Assembly (NCBI GenBank): GCA_013239625.1
Contig: MU053873.1
Span: forward strand, 944,524 to 1,008,523
Direction: 5' to 3'
Length of the DNA stretch: 64,000 nucleotides
From: Lama guanicoe
Lineage: Eukaryota
In this document: positions 53,286-64,000 of the stretch, piece after piece
Layout: each line of letters starts with the position of its first letter
Numbering within the stretch: position 1 is the first letter of the stretch
Notes under the pieces: model-generated
What the model saw: the letters and a program-made list of their open reading frames with translations, nothing else
Told to the model about the DNA's origin: nothing
Databases searched by the model: none
Position numbers and translations under genes: made by a program

Positions 53286-54482
53286 TGCTACTGCTCCTGT
53301 CTCCCAGGTTTCTGGGTCAGGCAACTGGTGATGGAAGAATCAAGGGGAGTAATGCTTTGCCTGTTCTGAGAGGGGTTGGTGGGGGACACAACAGGCTAGA
53401 GGTGTCTGTGTGCATCCAGGTGACCACGTCGGAGACCGCAGAGCCAGGTGGGCCAGGGCAGCAGGAGGGGCAAGGCACCGTTATTTCACATACTTGGCCC
53501 AGATAGGTGTGTATCCAGCACATGTGGTCTAAATCACTGGTCCTCTAACTTTGCATCATGGTTCAGGAATCTTTTCAAATTTTCTCATCCAAAGTTTTTC
53601 TCTTCTTTCTGAAAACTTCTACATCATGAACCTCAGATATGTTCCCATATGGGTGTGGAAGTTTACTCGCTTGGGTGTGAAAATAAAAACATCTTCTGAG
53701 GAAATTAAAAACAATTAAATTCCACTAGAATTTGGGGGTGGGGCATGAAGGAGGAAGGGGAGGATTCATTAAAATTGGCTCAATTTCCTCTTTATTAACT
53801 GAGCATCCAGAAAGAGAATAGGAGCTCAGGGAAATTAAAGAGAAGAAAGGTGGTAGTAAAGGAAAAGGAGAAGGAAGAAAGATTACAAGGGCTGAGAATA
53901 CAGTGATGAGAGCGTGGATCAGTATTAGAGAAGGGCTGATGTGTTTCCAAATAGAAGCAGTGGTTTAGATACCTCAGGGAGAACGGCTACAAACGGTGGG
54001 TGGAAAATAAAGGTTATTTAGACAGATCTCAGCAAAATAAAAAAGGTTCATTGAAGAATCAAACTGAGGAAAAGGCTTTTCTGCAACACAGAAGCCCTAC
54101 GGCCTCAACCCTAAGTTCTCCAAATCAAGTGTTGGCACCAACAATGGAAATTCCTGCCATGGCTTCAGGACCCTGGACCAGATAGAGTCTTTCCATCCTG
54201 ACTTTATAATTCTCAGCAACCTTCAATGGAACAACCTCTGTTAAAGACTAGTTACTTTCCGTAGTGTGTCCTCAGGTACCTACTTCCGCTTCCATCTAAC
54301 AAAGCATGGGATATTCGGGACAACTGCTGCAACCAGGAGGAAATGTAGGTTCTGCAGATACATCATGTCCTCAAGGTGGACGAATCTGACAAATGTTTAG
54401 CGAAAATGGAACATGGGAAAAGAAATGTCAGATACCCAAGTCAGGTCAGAATCGTTCCCAGATACAAGAGGCTCATTGCTTT

Positions 54483-54645
54483 CAACAAGGATTGACTGTA
54501 TAGCACAGGGAACTATATTCAATATCTTGTAAGGACCTATCATGGAAAAGAATCTGAAAAGTTATGTATGTATAACTGACTCACTTTGCTGCACACCTGA
54601 AGTTAACACAGTATTGTAAATCAACTATACTTCAGTTAAAAAAAA
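54483..54645 (+). mobile_element. 5'-truncated L1 3' end with TSD
   Basis: ctgtatagcacagggaactatattcaatatcttgt...tgtaaatcaactatacttca plus poly-A. TSD aagaggctcattgctt / aagactctcattgctt. Confidence 0.8.
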
Positions 54646-56905
54646 AAGACTCTCATTGCTTGACCAGATGGACACATATGAAGGACCTGGGATGAAGTTC
54701 ATATCAAAGGTTGGGTTATGTCACTCACATGAACAACAGGAATTCCAGAAAAGTTCAGGTGAACAAATGGGCCACAATATTAATAGCAGTAATAAGAAGT
54801 TTGTTTCTTGAGCACTTACTCTGTGCCAGGAGCCACACCAAGTGCTTCCCATGCATTGTCCCATTTCCTCCTCACAGTGATTCTTGGGTAGGGACTACTA
54901 TTATCCCCATTTCACAGATGAGGAAAGTAATGTCCAGAGATGTAAATTCACTTGCTCATTGAGAGATGGATCTGGGATGTCAGCTCGGGCAGACCAACTC
55001 CTGAGTCCAGAGAAAGTCTCATGCCAAGGACAGGACTAGATGTGGTCTGTGTCTACATGTGGTATGTGGCTGGGGCAACTAGACGTGAGGCAAGGCACCA
55101 CAATGAGGGCTCTGAGTGGATGAGGGCAGGGTGGTATAGACCATGGTTGGGTTGAGTCCAGCCTTTGGCAGGTTCCTAGCTTTGGGACCTGGGGCCACAG
55201 TCCTTAAGTGACTCAGTTTCTTTGTCTTTAAAGCAGGGATGGCAACAGTCCCAAACTCATAAGACTGTTGGTGGCATTTCATGTGATGGTGTTTGTAAAG
55301 TGTCTAGAACCATGTTTGGATTTCAGTAAGCATTCAATAAATACAGATTTTACTGGAAAAGGAGAAATAGCACAGGCCAAATTACTCTGAGTTAGTTTTA
55401 AGGGACGTGAGGGTTACCTACTGGGCCACCGTCAATTGGAGGGAGTGATGTGGAAGGGAGAGAAGGTGGAATTTGATGGAATTGGAAGACTGTGCATCAG
55501 CTGCCATCATGAGAACAGCTCTGTGCTAGAAGGAGGGTCTGAGAGCTCCTCAGAGCCTGAGCAGTGTCACTTGGTCATTGAATAGAAGGCCTGGAAAGAA
55601 AATCCATTTGAGTGTCTGGAAAGAGGTGGTGCAGGAAAGCCAACCTCAGGATGCGGAAGGATAGAAGGGAAACAGAAGAGCAGCTCCTAGCCCACCTTTC
55701 TTGCCCAAAATCTCCCTTCTGTCTCTGTAGCCCAAGAGCCTGGTGGCACTTCTTTGGGATTCACCAGTTTGGGAAGGATGCTTGGCTGCCCAGTCTCCAG
55801 ACACTTGCAAACCCTTCCCAAAGACAAACCCTTTCCAGCACCCTGCTGTAAAACTGACCCACCTCTTGGGAGGTGAGGCTAGGCCTTGCTGCTGAATGGG
55901 TCCCATTGTCCTCCCAAGCGTCTGTGGGTCCAGATGCCGTGGGCCTGGAGGTGGTTCCACCACAGCCTGCGGTGCGGTCTGCTTGCAGACTTTGATTCAG
56001 TCCAGGGACCAAAAAAATCAAACAGGCAACACATGTGATTCCAGGAACTCCTGCCAGACTCATACTCTGTTTTTCCATCATTTCGCTCCCCGCCCCCTGG
56101 GGAGGGAGCCTCCTTTGGCATCCTGCACATGAAAAATCAAAACCACCAACAGGACAAGCACCTGATAAGGAGCTAGGCATTGCCCAAGTGTTCCCAGGAA
56201 GAGGTGTCTTTGTTCTGGTTTCAAGCCCTTGACACCGCTAACAGCTCTAATTACTGCATTTGCCATGGGATGTAAAATAAAACCGCATTCCAGAAACCAT
56301 GTAGTCTCTCGGGGAGAGACACTGCAGGAACGTGTTCTTTCATTTCTGGTCCCTGACTTTGGCAGCTATTCTGAGAACTTAACAGTACCTTCTTTATGTA
56401 CACGGAGAAGGGCACTTTCGCACATGTAAGGGTGCATCTCGCTACCTGTATCCACAAATCTGGTCTGCATATTTGACTCTGCTGCGTGCAAAGCATGCTT
56501 CTTAAGAATGTCAGGACCTTCAAAATTCACCCAAGCCATTTTGGGGGAAATGAGGACTTTAGAATTTCCTGAGGCTGGAAGCACAAGAAAATAGAATTTC
56601 TTCCAACATAATTTAACTATAAAAATCTGATGATGTAACACCTACCCACACCCACATCACAAACCAAAGTGACATCACAAATACTAGAGATAATGGTTCA
56701 AAACTGCCTGCATGTGAGCCAAAGTCTAAACAAACAGCAATTTGCCCATACATGACTGAGGCAGAAAAAGACAGGTGATAGAAATACTAAAACAAAACAA
56801 AATTTAAAAAGACAATAAAAAACAAAAGAGAAAAAAAGGGAAAAGAAAATACATATTTCTTCCCCCTACTAAGCTAGCTAAAATAAAATTTAAGGCAACT
56901 GAAAT

Positions 56906-56908
56906 ATG
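56906..56908 (+). CDS. C22orf31: C22orf31 orthologue, coding part of exon 1 (ATG only)
   Basis: gaaatATG|GTAAGG: a start codon directly followed by a strong donor. Phase 0 fits exon 2, which starts with CAT (His) and gives [10 protein letters not shown]... Confidence 0.75.
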
Positions 56909-57568
56909 GTAAGGTGATTTCATTTTTTTATAGATGACATTTCTTAGAAAGCTAGGTCTCTTTAAGTGTGTGATTCTAATCTAGCCAAATTATTCTCTTG
57001 TTCTTGGCTGGTCATGGGAAATGGAGACCAGCAACACTTACATTGTGTTTTTGCCTTTAGAGACCCTAGAGTGTATTTTCTTGCTTAGCAGCTTTTCTTG
57101 GCTCATGGCAGTCTGGTGCGAAAGTGATTTGGGGGCTTGGCAGGATTTTTACCTTTTGTCATTCCTGGGTCAAGGAATTGCAACAGAGACGAGGAGGGGC
57201 TACAGCTCCTATAGGACTCTTGACTGAGCCTGTCCCCCATTCCTTTTCTTAGCTTTCCAGGAGAAAGAAATTGTCTTTAATTCCTTATATATGCTCCCTG
57301 ACCCTCCCTCTGCTTCCAGCCCGAGCAAGCTATGTTCTTTGAGAGCCTGAATATCACTGTGACCCTGTGAAGTTACCACTGCTTCTTTCTTCCTTGGTAC
57401 AAAAGGCCTTGGTGAATAGGAGAAAGGATGTGTAGGAAGAATTCTAAGAGCTGGGTGGAAGGAATGATCTATAAAAAGATGTTAATACTTTTCCTCCAAT
57501 GTAGACCTTCTAGTCTCTGCTTGAGAATTGGTCTTTTTAAATTCCTTTTTGTTCCCATATAATTCTAG

Positions 57569-58024
<456 letters not shown>

Positions 58025-58877
58025 TGATGGCTGGTGGTGGAGAAAATGTGATGGGGTGGGGAGAGGGACAGGCAAGCTAGAGACACTTAATGCTTACGAG
58101 ATTCAGAAGAGAAGGACGTCCCAAAGGGTGAGGATGGGGGTGGGGGGCTAGAGTGGAGACAGTTCCTGTTTATACTCTGCATAGTTTGGAAAGGAGGCAA
58201 GTGGCTTTCATAAGCAGAGACAAAAGAAACTCAACGTGAAGGGAAAGTAAGAATGGGAGAGAGGTTCCGGCACACACGCTTGAACCCCAGATCTGGCTAC
58301 AGACTTCCACGTGGAGAACTTGGCATCCAAAGGCCTGATCTGAGTCTACTCCATCACTCCATGGGGCCAGCAGAGCTCAGAGTGCACCCTGGAGCTAGGC
58401 GGTCAGGGTTCAGATCCCAGCTCTGGCTGTAATTGGGGACAACTGTGGACTTAGTCTCTTTCTACCTTGTTTTCTGTTTATAAAATGGGGAGTAGCCCTT
58501 CTTTCCTCGGGTTTCCCCGAGGATGAAATGAGTGTATACACACAAAGGGCTTTTGAACAGAGCCTGGCACAGAGTAAATGCTTTGAGTCCTGCGTGGCCC
58601 TCTGTGGGTGACAGCTGTGGTTCACCTTCTAGCTACGTGGCCTTGGGCAAACCACTCCAATTCCCTTGCCTTTAAAGTCGTCTCCTGCTGACCTTACTGG
58701 GTTCCGGAGAAAGGCTCTCAGCGGTATCTACCCCTGGAGGAATTCAGTAAACTAGAACACGCTACGCAAATGTTGGTTGTGGCTGTAACCAAGACTCTGG
58801 GACACAAATCCCAGATAATTATTCTGAGCTCCCTTCTCAAGTTTTAGCTTTGACTTCTCTGCTTTCTTCCTGGCTAG

Positions 58878-59309
<432 letters not shown>

Positions 59310-59362
59310 AAATAGGGACAGGAGCTCATGGGATTAGGCTGTTCCCTGCTAGATGTCTGAGA

Positions 59363-59368
59363 AATAAA
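59363..59368 (+). terminator. C22orf31 polyadenylation signal AATAAA
   Basis: Canonical hexamer 54 nt after the stop codon. Confidence 0.75.
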
Positions 59369-59854
59369 TACCGCTTTGCACCTTCCACATAATCTCAGAG
59401 TGCTTTACAAATTAGTGACTATCCTCCCCAGGAAAACAAGACAAATGGGTCCAAGATTCATTTCAGACTGAGGGCCCCTCCCCACTTTCATGGTTAGGTC
59501 GTTTCCAGGGCTGGATGCTTAAGCTTTTTCCCTACAAGCCCCACTTCCTATGGAGGGGCTCGAGGGCCTCAGTCTTCCAGATGAAGTCAATGGTTTACAT
59601 CCAGCCTTTGGTCCCTATTTTTAAAAAGCGGACTGCTGGGCTCGACCACCATTTCCTTTATAGGGCTGAGCAGAAAAACCACCACCACCACAGGGACATC
59701 ATCTCAAACGCGCTCTCAGATGCCAGCCCGTGACACCACCTGAATCCCTGGTAACCTGAACTCTGCATTAACGAGAGGAAATTACACACACGCTCCCATG
59801 AGCGAGACCCTCTCCTTCGTAGACCTTTACCAGATAGAGCGATGACAACATGTA

Positions 59855-62800
59855 ACACGTACTTGATAGAATTGTATTTTTTTTACAGTCATTTGTACAA
59901 TTTGTTACAAAACCATAGAAGACTACAACTTGTTTTAAATCATTTTTGGTCGGCAAATATGTAAAATCTGTGTGCAATTATCATGTATTTACAGGGCCTC
60001 ATGTTAGTCATTTTCAATGATTATTCCAACAATGTCACACTCTCAACATAAGACATGGCTTAAGATAAATATATTAGTAAATAAATATTCTGAGAACATA
60101 TTTCCATAAATGAAATGTGCTGCTATACATATACAGAATATACATAAGTTGTTTTCTAGCCTTTAAAACATTTTTTAAATGGTAATGTTGGAGAAGGAGC
60201 CCTTAGACCATTTTATTACAAAATCTTTACAGCAAAGTTTTTACAAAATATCTTTTAAGTGCTATGGGAGAAACTTTAAAAAAAAACATTTAAAAATAGT
60301 GCCTTATTAGAGACCCACACAATAGAGTTTATATAAAGAATAGAAAAGGCAGTTCTGTTTAAAAGATAATACTCTTGATTAGTAATTATTTTTTAGACCT
60401 CATTTTAAAAGCATTAGTCCTGCAGGAACTTGGCATATGAACTAGCAGCACATCAGGGAGGTGTGAGCAGTGGGACAGCAGATGGAGCTTTCTAAAACGG
60501 CGGGGTTCAGAGGAGAGGTGGAGAGACAGAGAGTTAAAGCCAGCAGACTGGGGCTGTGTCTACTACAAAGTGGTACCTGGCGGACCAGAACTCCCAAACC
60601 CTCACTGTTAACAGGTTCTGGCACTCTGCAATTTACCTGGCTGTCCTACACGCAAGGCGGGGCCACAGGACCACGCCCAACAGTCACATTCCGGTGAGAG
60701 GTGGGGTGTCGGGATGGGGGGTGGCTCTCAATGGCAAATGTGATGTTCCCACTTTCTACGCAGCTGAGAGGCCACTGAAAAAGGTACTTGTCATCATGAT
60801 TGGAGTCTTAAGACTTCAAAGAAGACATTTCTTTTGAGTTGAATGGTGAGGCAATAAATAATGTACTTGGTTGCCCAATTCTGGTGACCTCCCTGTCTGG
60901 TGAGCCAACACACATTTAAGACAATGGCTGAGATTTACAGTTTAAAAATGTTATTTTTCTGTTTCTACCACCCTGTAAACTACAAAAATTAAGTGTGTTT
61001 CTTTTGCCGTCTCTTGTTATTGCTCTTTCAGGCGAAAATGGGATACGTTTATTTGAATAAGCCGAGTTGAAGTCACATTCTCTCCTCACCTATTTCTTGC
61101 TTAAGGCTGTCGAGGAGTGGTTTTCCAGCCAGGGCTAAAGAAAGCCACTTTGGGGGTATGGTTTCAGACAAGCAAGATACTATGCACTTACAGGCATTCA
61201 AAACAAGAACGAAAACAAAACCCACAAACAAACGAACAAAATCTCAATAACGAGAACTGCTTTTGCTGGACATGTTAGACGCCATACCCAAAACCACCAC
61301 ATGCAAGCTGTTGTCCTTGGCAGCTGTGCCTCCTGGCCCCAGAAATCAAGGCGGCCCAGATCACATGTCATGGGTTCAGGCACTTCTCACACCCTCGTCA
61401 ACAGGTGTGCTGGGCATAGGCGGGGAGGGAGGAAGTGGGTAGCCCCCAAGGGACCGCACCTCGGAGGCTGCAGGACAAATCTCACCATGGTGAGCTCCTA
61501 AACAGCAAATGGCTCAATCATTTGACGCTGTAATTTCTTCCCCTGTCAAATCCTGGCTGGAAGTAAGTGAGTTTCCTCAACACAGGCTGAGGTTTTTAAG
61601 GGGAAAAAAAGGGATTCTGATACAGTAAGATTCTCATTCAAAACGTTCTGGTGTGAAACCTGGGCTGACCTCCCCTGAGCCTTACTGGAGAGGTGCCATC
61701 ACAGTCGCCCGGCCACCCTGGTATGGCCTCCACTTCCCCAGCCACAGGGGCCAGGTCTCAAGGGCCCTAGTCAGCAAACGAGCATTTCTGATGACAACCA
61801 ATACCTGCTGAATACATGAATAAACACAAGTGACCAGAAGAGTTAGCAAACACAAGGGCTAACGTGATTAGTTTCTTTTGAAAAAAATTTTAAGAACAAG
61901 AAATACATTGGACATAAAGAATGACAATCCCTGATCTGAAATAGATTCTCCCTTTTAAAATGGAAACATCTTTTAAAAAATGGTTTGGGTTTTTAAACTC
62001 TCCCTCCCTCTTAAAAAAACAACAAAAACAACAAAAGTCTGGAACATACAAAAACCTACCCTTTGGGTCTAAACTATCTGATAGTCTCTTTCTCTCTGTC
62101 TCATGGAGAATCGATACATCATAGTGCATTAGGTAGAAAGGCTAGTAGACTTCTGCAGGCGAGATGAGCAACTTCAGCCATGAGGCAGAGGGCTAAACAA
62201 CCCTGAAGCGGTGCTTCTGTAGGGAAACGCGAAGGGACAGATCGGAGCTCAGACCCGGTAGGGTCCTGGCCACGTGCTCCCAGAAAAGCAGCCGGAGCAG
62301 CGGAGGGGTGTGGCTGCGGGCAGAGACGCATGCGCACAGGCCCGCTCCAGGGCAACCGCACCCGGGGGCGCCCCCCTCCCCCACGCATCGTTCCCCTTGC
62401 TCCCACGACCCCAAGGCGGCAAAACTACATACATTCCTCCCGGGTGTTTGTCCCCACACACCCCGTGGAACCATCTCTGCAGCCAGTGGCAGGAAGCCCA
62501 AGATCAGGACTGTGAACTCCGTCCTTTTACTTAGGACGAGGACCTGAGGGGACACACTGAGGTCACTGGGCACAACTGTCTCTGTCACCCCGGGGGCTTA
62601 CGTAGCAATGGCTTGTCCCGGCTCCCCAGTGCTGCAGACCTATTCCTGGATATTTCCATCAGCTGCCCAGAGGTTTGGGCTGGAGAGGCATGGCTTCTGA
62701 GAAGACCTGAAATTTCGTACGGTGGGATTTGCCATGAGAAAGAAAGAGGCAGCATTGCATTGTTCCTCAGAGTTTGTACCCATATCAACTAGCTTTACTT

Positions 62801-63318
62801 CAAGTTTCTGGTTCATTTTCTAAGGCAGGTGTAGCCCTGAGCTTTTCAAAGGCCTGAGCTCCCTCCAGGGAGACAACAGTATCTACACATGATGTGGTTC
62901 AATTAATGCAGCAGTGATTTTTTTTTTTTCAGCAAAAGTTGGCGGTTAGGGTTCTTTAAAATATATATTTAAATAACTTTGTACATTTACATATAATATC
63001 TTAAAAAAACAAAGCAGAGAACTCAATCCCACACACCTTGGAACCCCAAGCACACACACTTTACAAAACAGAAGAATAACATGTTATCAAGGGTCCTAGT
63101 TATCAAAAGAGGCAGAAGACTCAGAATTTTGTCTGTTGGTTTGTTAATGGGGGGGCTGCCACAGGTGGCTCACATTTTGGGTTGAGAAGGAGGGCTCTTT
63201 TTATTACCACTTTTGTGTTTGTCAAAGCTAAAAAAATCTTTTTTTTTTTTTTCTGTAGGAAGTCAGAGTTTGGAGTCTCCGTACAGTTCCCATTTCCACA
63301 TAAGAGTTCCTTCCTCGC
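59855..63318 (-). other. ZNRF3: ZNRF3 3' UTR (~3.5 kb); 3' end approximate
   Basis: Repeat-poor and U-rich on the minus strand, with AU-rich distal end. Variant signal AATACA at 59878-59873 is followed by a GU-rich tract. Confidence 0.75.
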
Positions 63319-63362
63319 TCAGGCTCCAGGGCCGCCACTGTCCGCTGGGCGAGAGCTCTGTC
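63319..63362 (-). CDS. ZNRF3: ZNRF3 final coding exon fragment (44 nt)
   Basis: Acceptor tgtgctctctttcctag|GA CAG AGC TCT CGC CCA GCG GAC AGT GGC GGC CCT GGA GCC TGA = (G)QSSRPADSGGPGA*. Resembles the ZNRF3 C-terminus as I recall it (…ADSSSPGA*). The following UTR start (GAACTCTTA…GGGAACTGTA…GAGACTCCAAAC) and synteny also fit. Confidence 0.85.
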
Positions 63363-64000
63363 CTAGGAAAGAGAGCACAACTGTCAGGGCGGGGCTGGTG
63401 GGCGCTGCCTGCAGGGACCAGGCAGGGGACTTGGGGGCCCATCCCACCTGTGGCAGGCTCTCAGGAAGGGACAGCTCACAATACTGGACAAACCATGTAG
63501 ATGGGAAGGGCTGAAGCAGCCCCCTTTCTAAGGGCCGGCCTCCCTTAACAGGCCCAACGGAGCCTTCCGGAAGCCCTTAGGCAGCGTGGAAACACAATAT
63601 ACAAAAGATGTGTGTGTGGGGGCTGCTGCAGGCACTGGGAAGAGCAGGGAGCAGGCCCCCATCACCGTGCTTTCCAACCTCAGAACAGAGAGGCCTGGAG
63701 GCTGGGATGAGCCTGGCACTGGAGGCACAGGCAGCTGAGGTAGTGAACGAGGAGGCGAGGGAAGCAGGAGGTGGTCGAGGGTTTGGCAGGGCCTGGTTAG
63801 AGGGAACTGGGTGAGGGGTCTATGTTCCTACAATTCCAAAGGTGATGGCAAGTCAGTGAAGGGTTTTCTTGTGTAAAGACCTAGACTTGTATTTTAAAAC
63901 AGACGACCCTGGCACCCACGTGGAACAGAAGGCAGGACCGGCAACAGGAGACCAGTCAGGCTACTGCCTTCGCTGCGGACTGCAGGTGGGGAGGCGGGGT

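Noticed and set aside
60443..60470. Possible miR-15 family gene on the plus strand
   Set aside because: Only 13 nt match the mature miRNA, and I see no precursor hairpin. Interpreted as a target site on the opposite strand.

Overview
Mammalian (eukaryotic) genomic DNA. The tRNA-derived SINEs look like the camelid Vic-1 family, so the host is probably a camel, llama or alpaca (inference). The window is syntenic to the human ZNRF3-C22orf31-KREMEN1 locus. (1) KREMEN1 lies on the minus strand with all 9 coding exons (49730 to 2862). All junctions are GT-AG and the exons sum to 1377 nt, or 458 aa: signal peptide, kringle, WSC, CUB, transmembrane helix and short tail. It has a CpG-island promoter near 49.0-50.2 kb and a 3' UTR that runs off the window start. 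(2) The C22orf31 orthologue lies on the plus strand: an ATG-only first coding exon plus two large exons, about 294 aa, with AATAAA at 59363. (3) The last coding exon and roughly 3.5 kb 3' UTR of ZNRF3 lie on the minus strand, convergent with C22orf31. Introns are filled with ordinary repeats (L1, L2, MIR, MLT1, MER, SINE), whose family names are by-eye calls. Most ORFs in the supplied track are spurious. I found no evidence of a new multi-gene system. The most interesting details are apparent loss or frameshift of the long KREMEN1 exon-7 isoform (potentially giving a TM-less product), a degenerate ~66-bp repeat array just inside KREMEN1 intron 1, a micro-inverted B-box in one SINE copy, and a 13-nt miR-15b match plus other sites in the ZNRF3 UTR.
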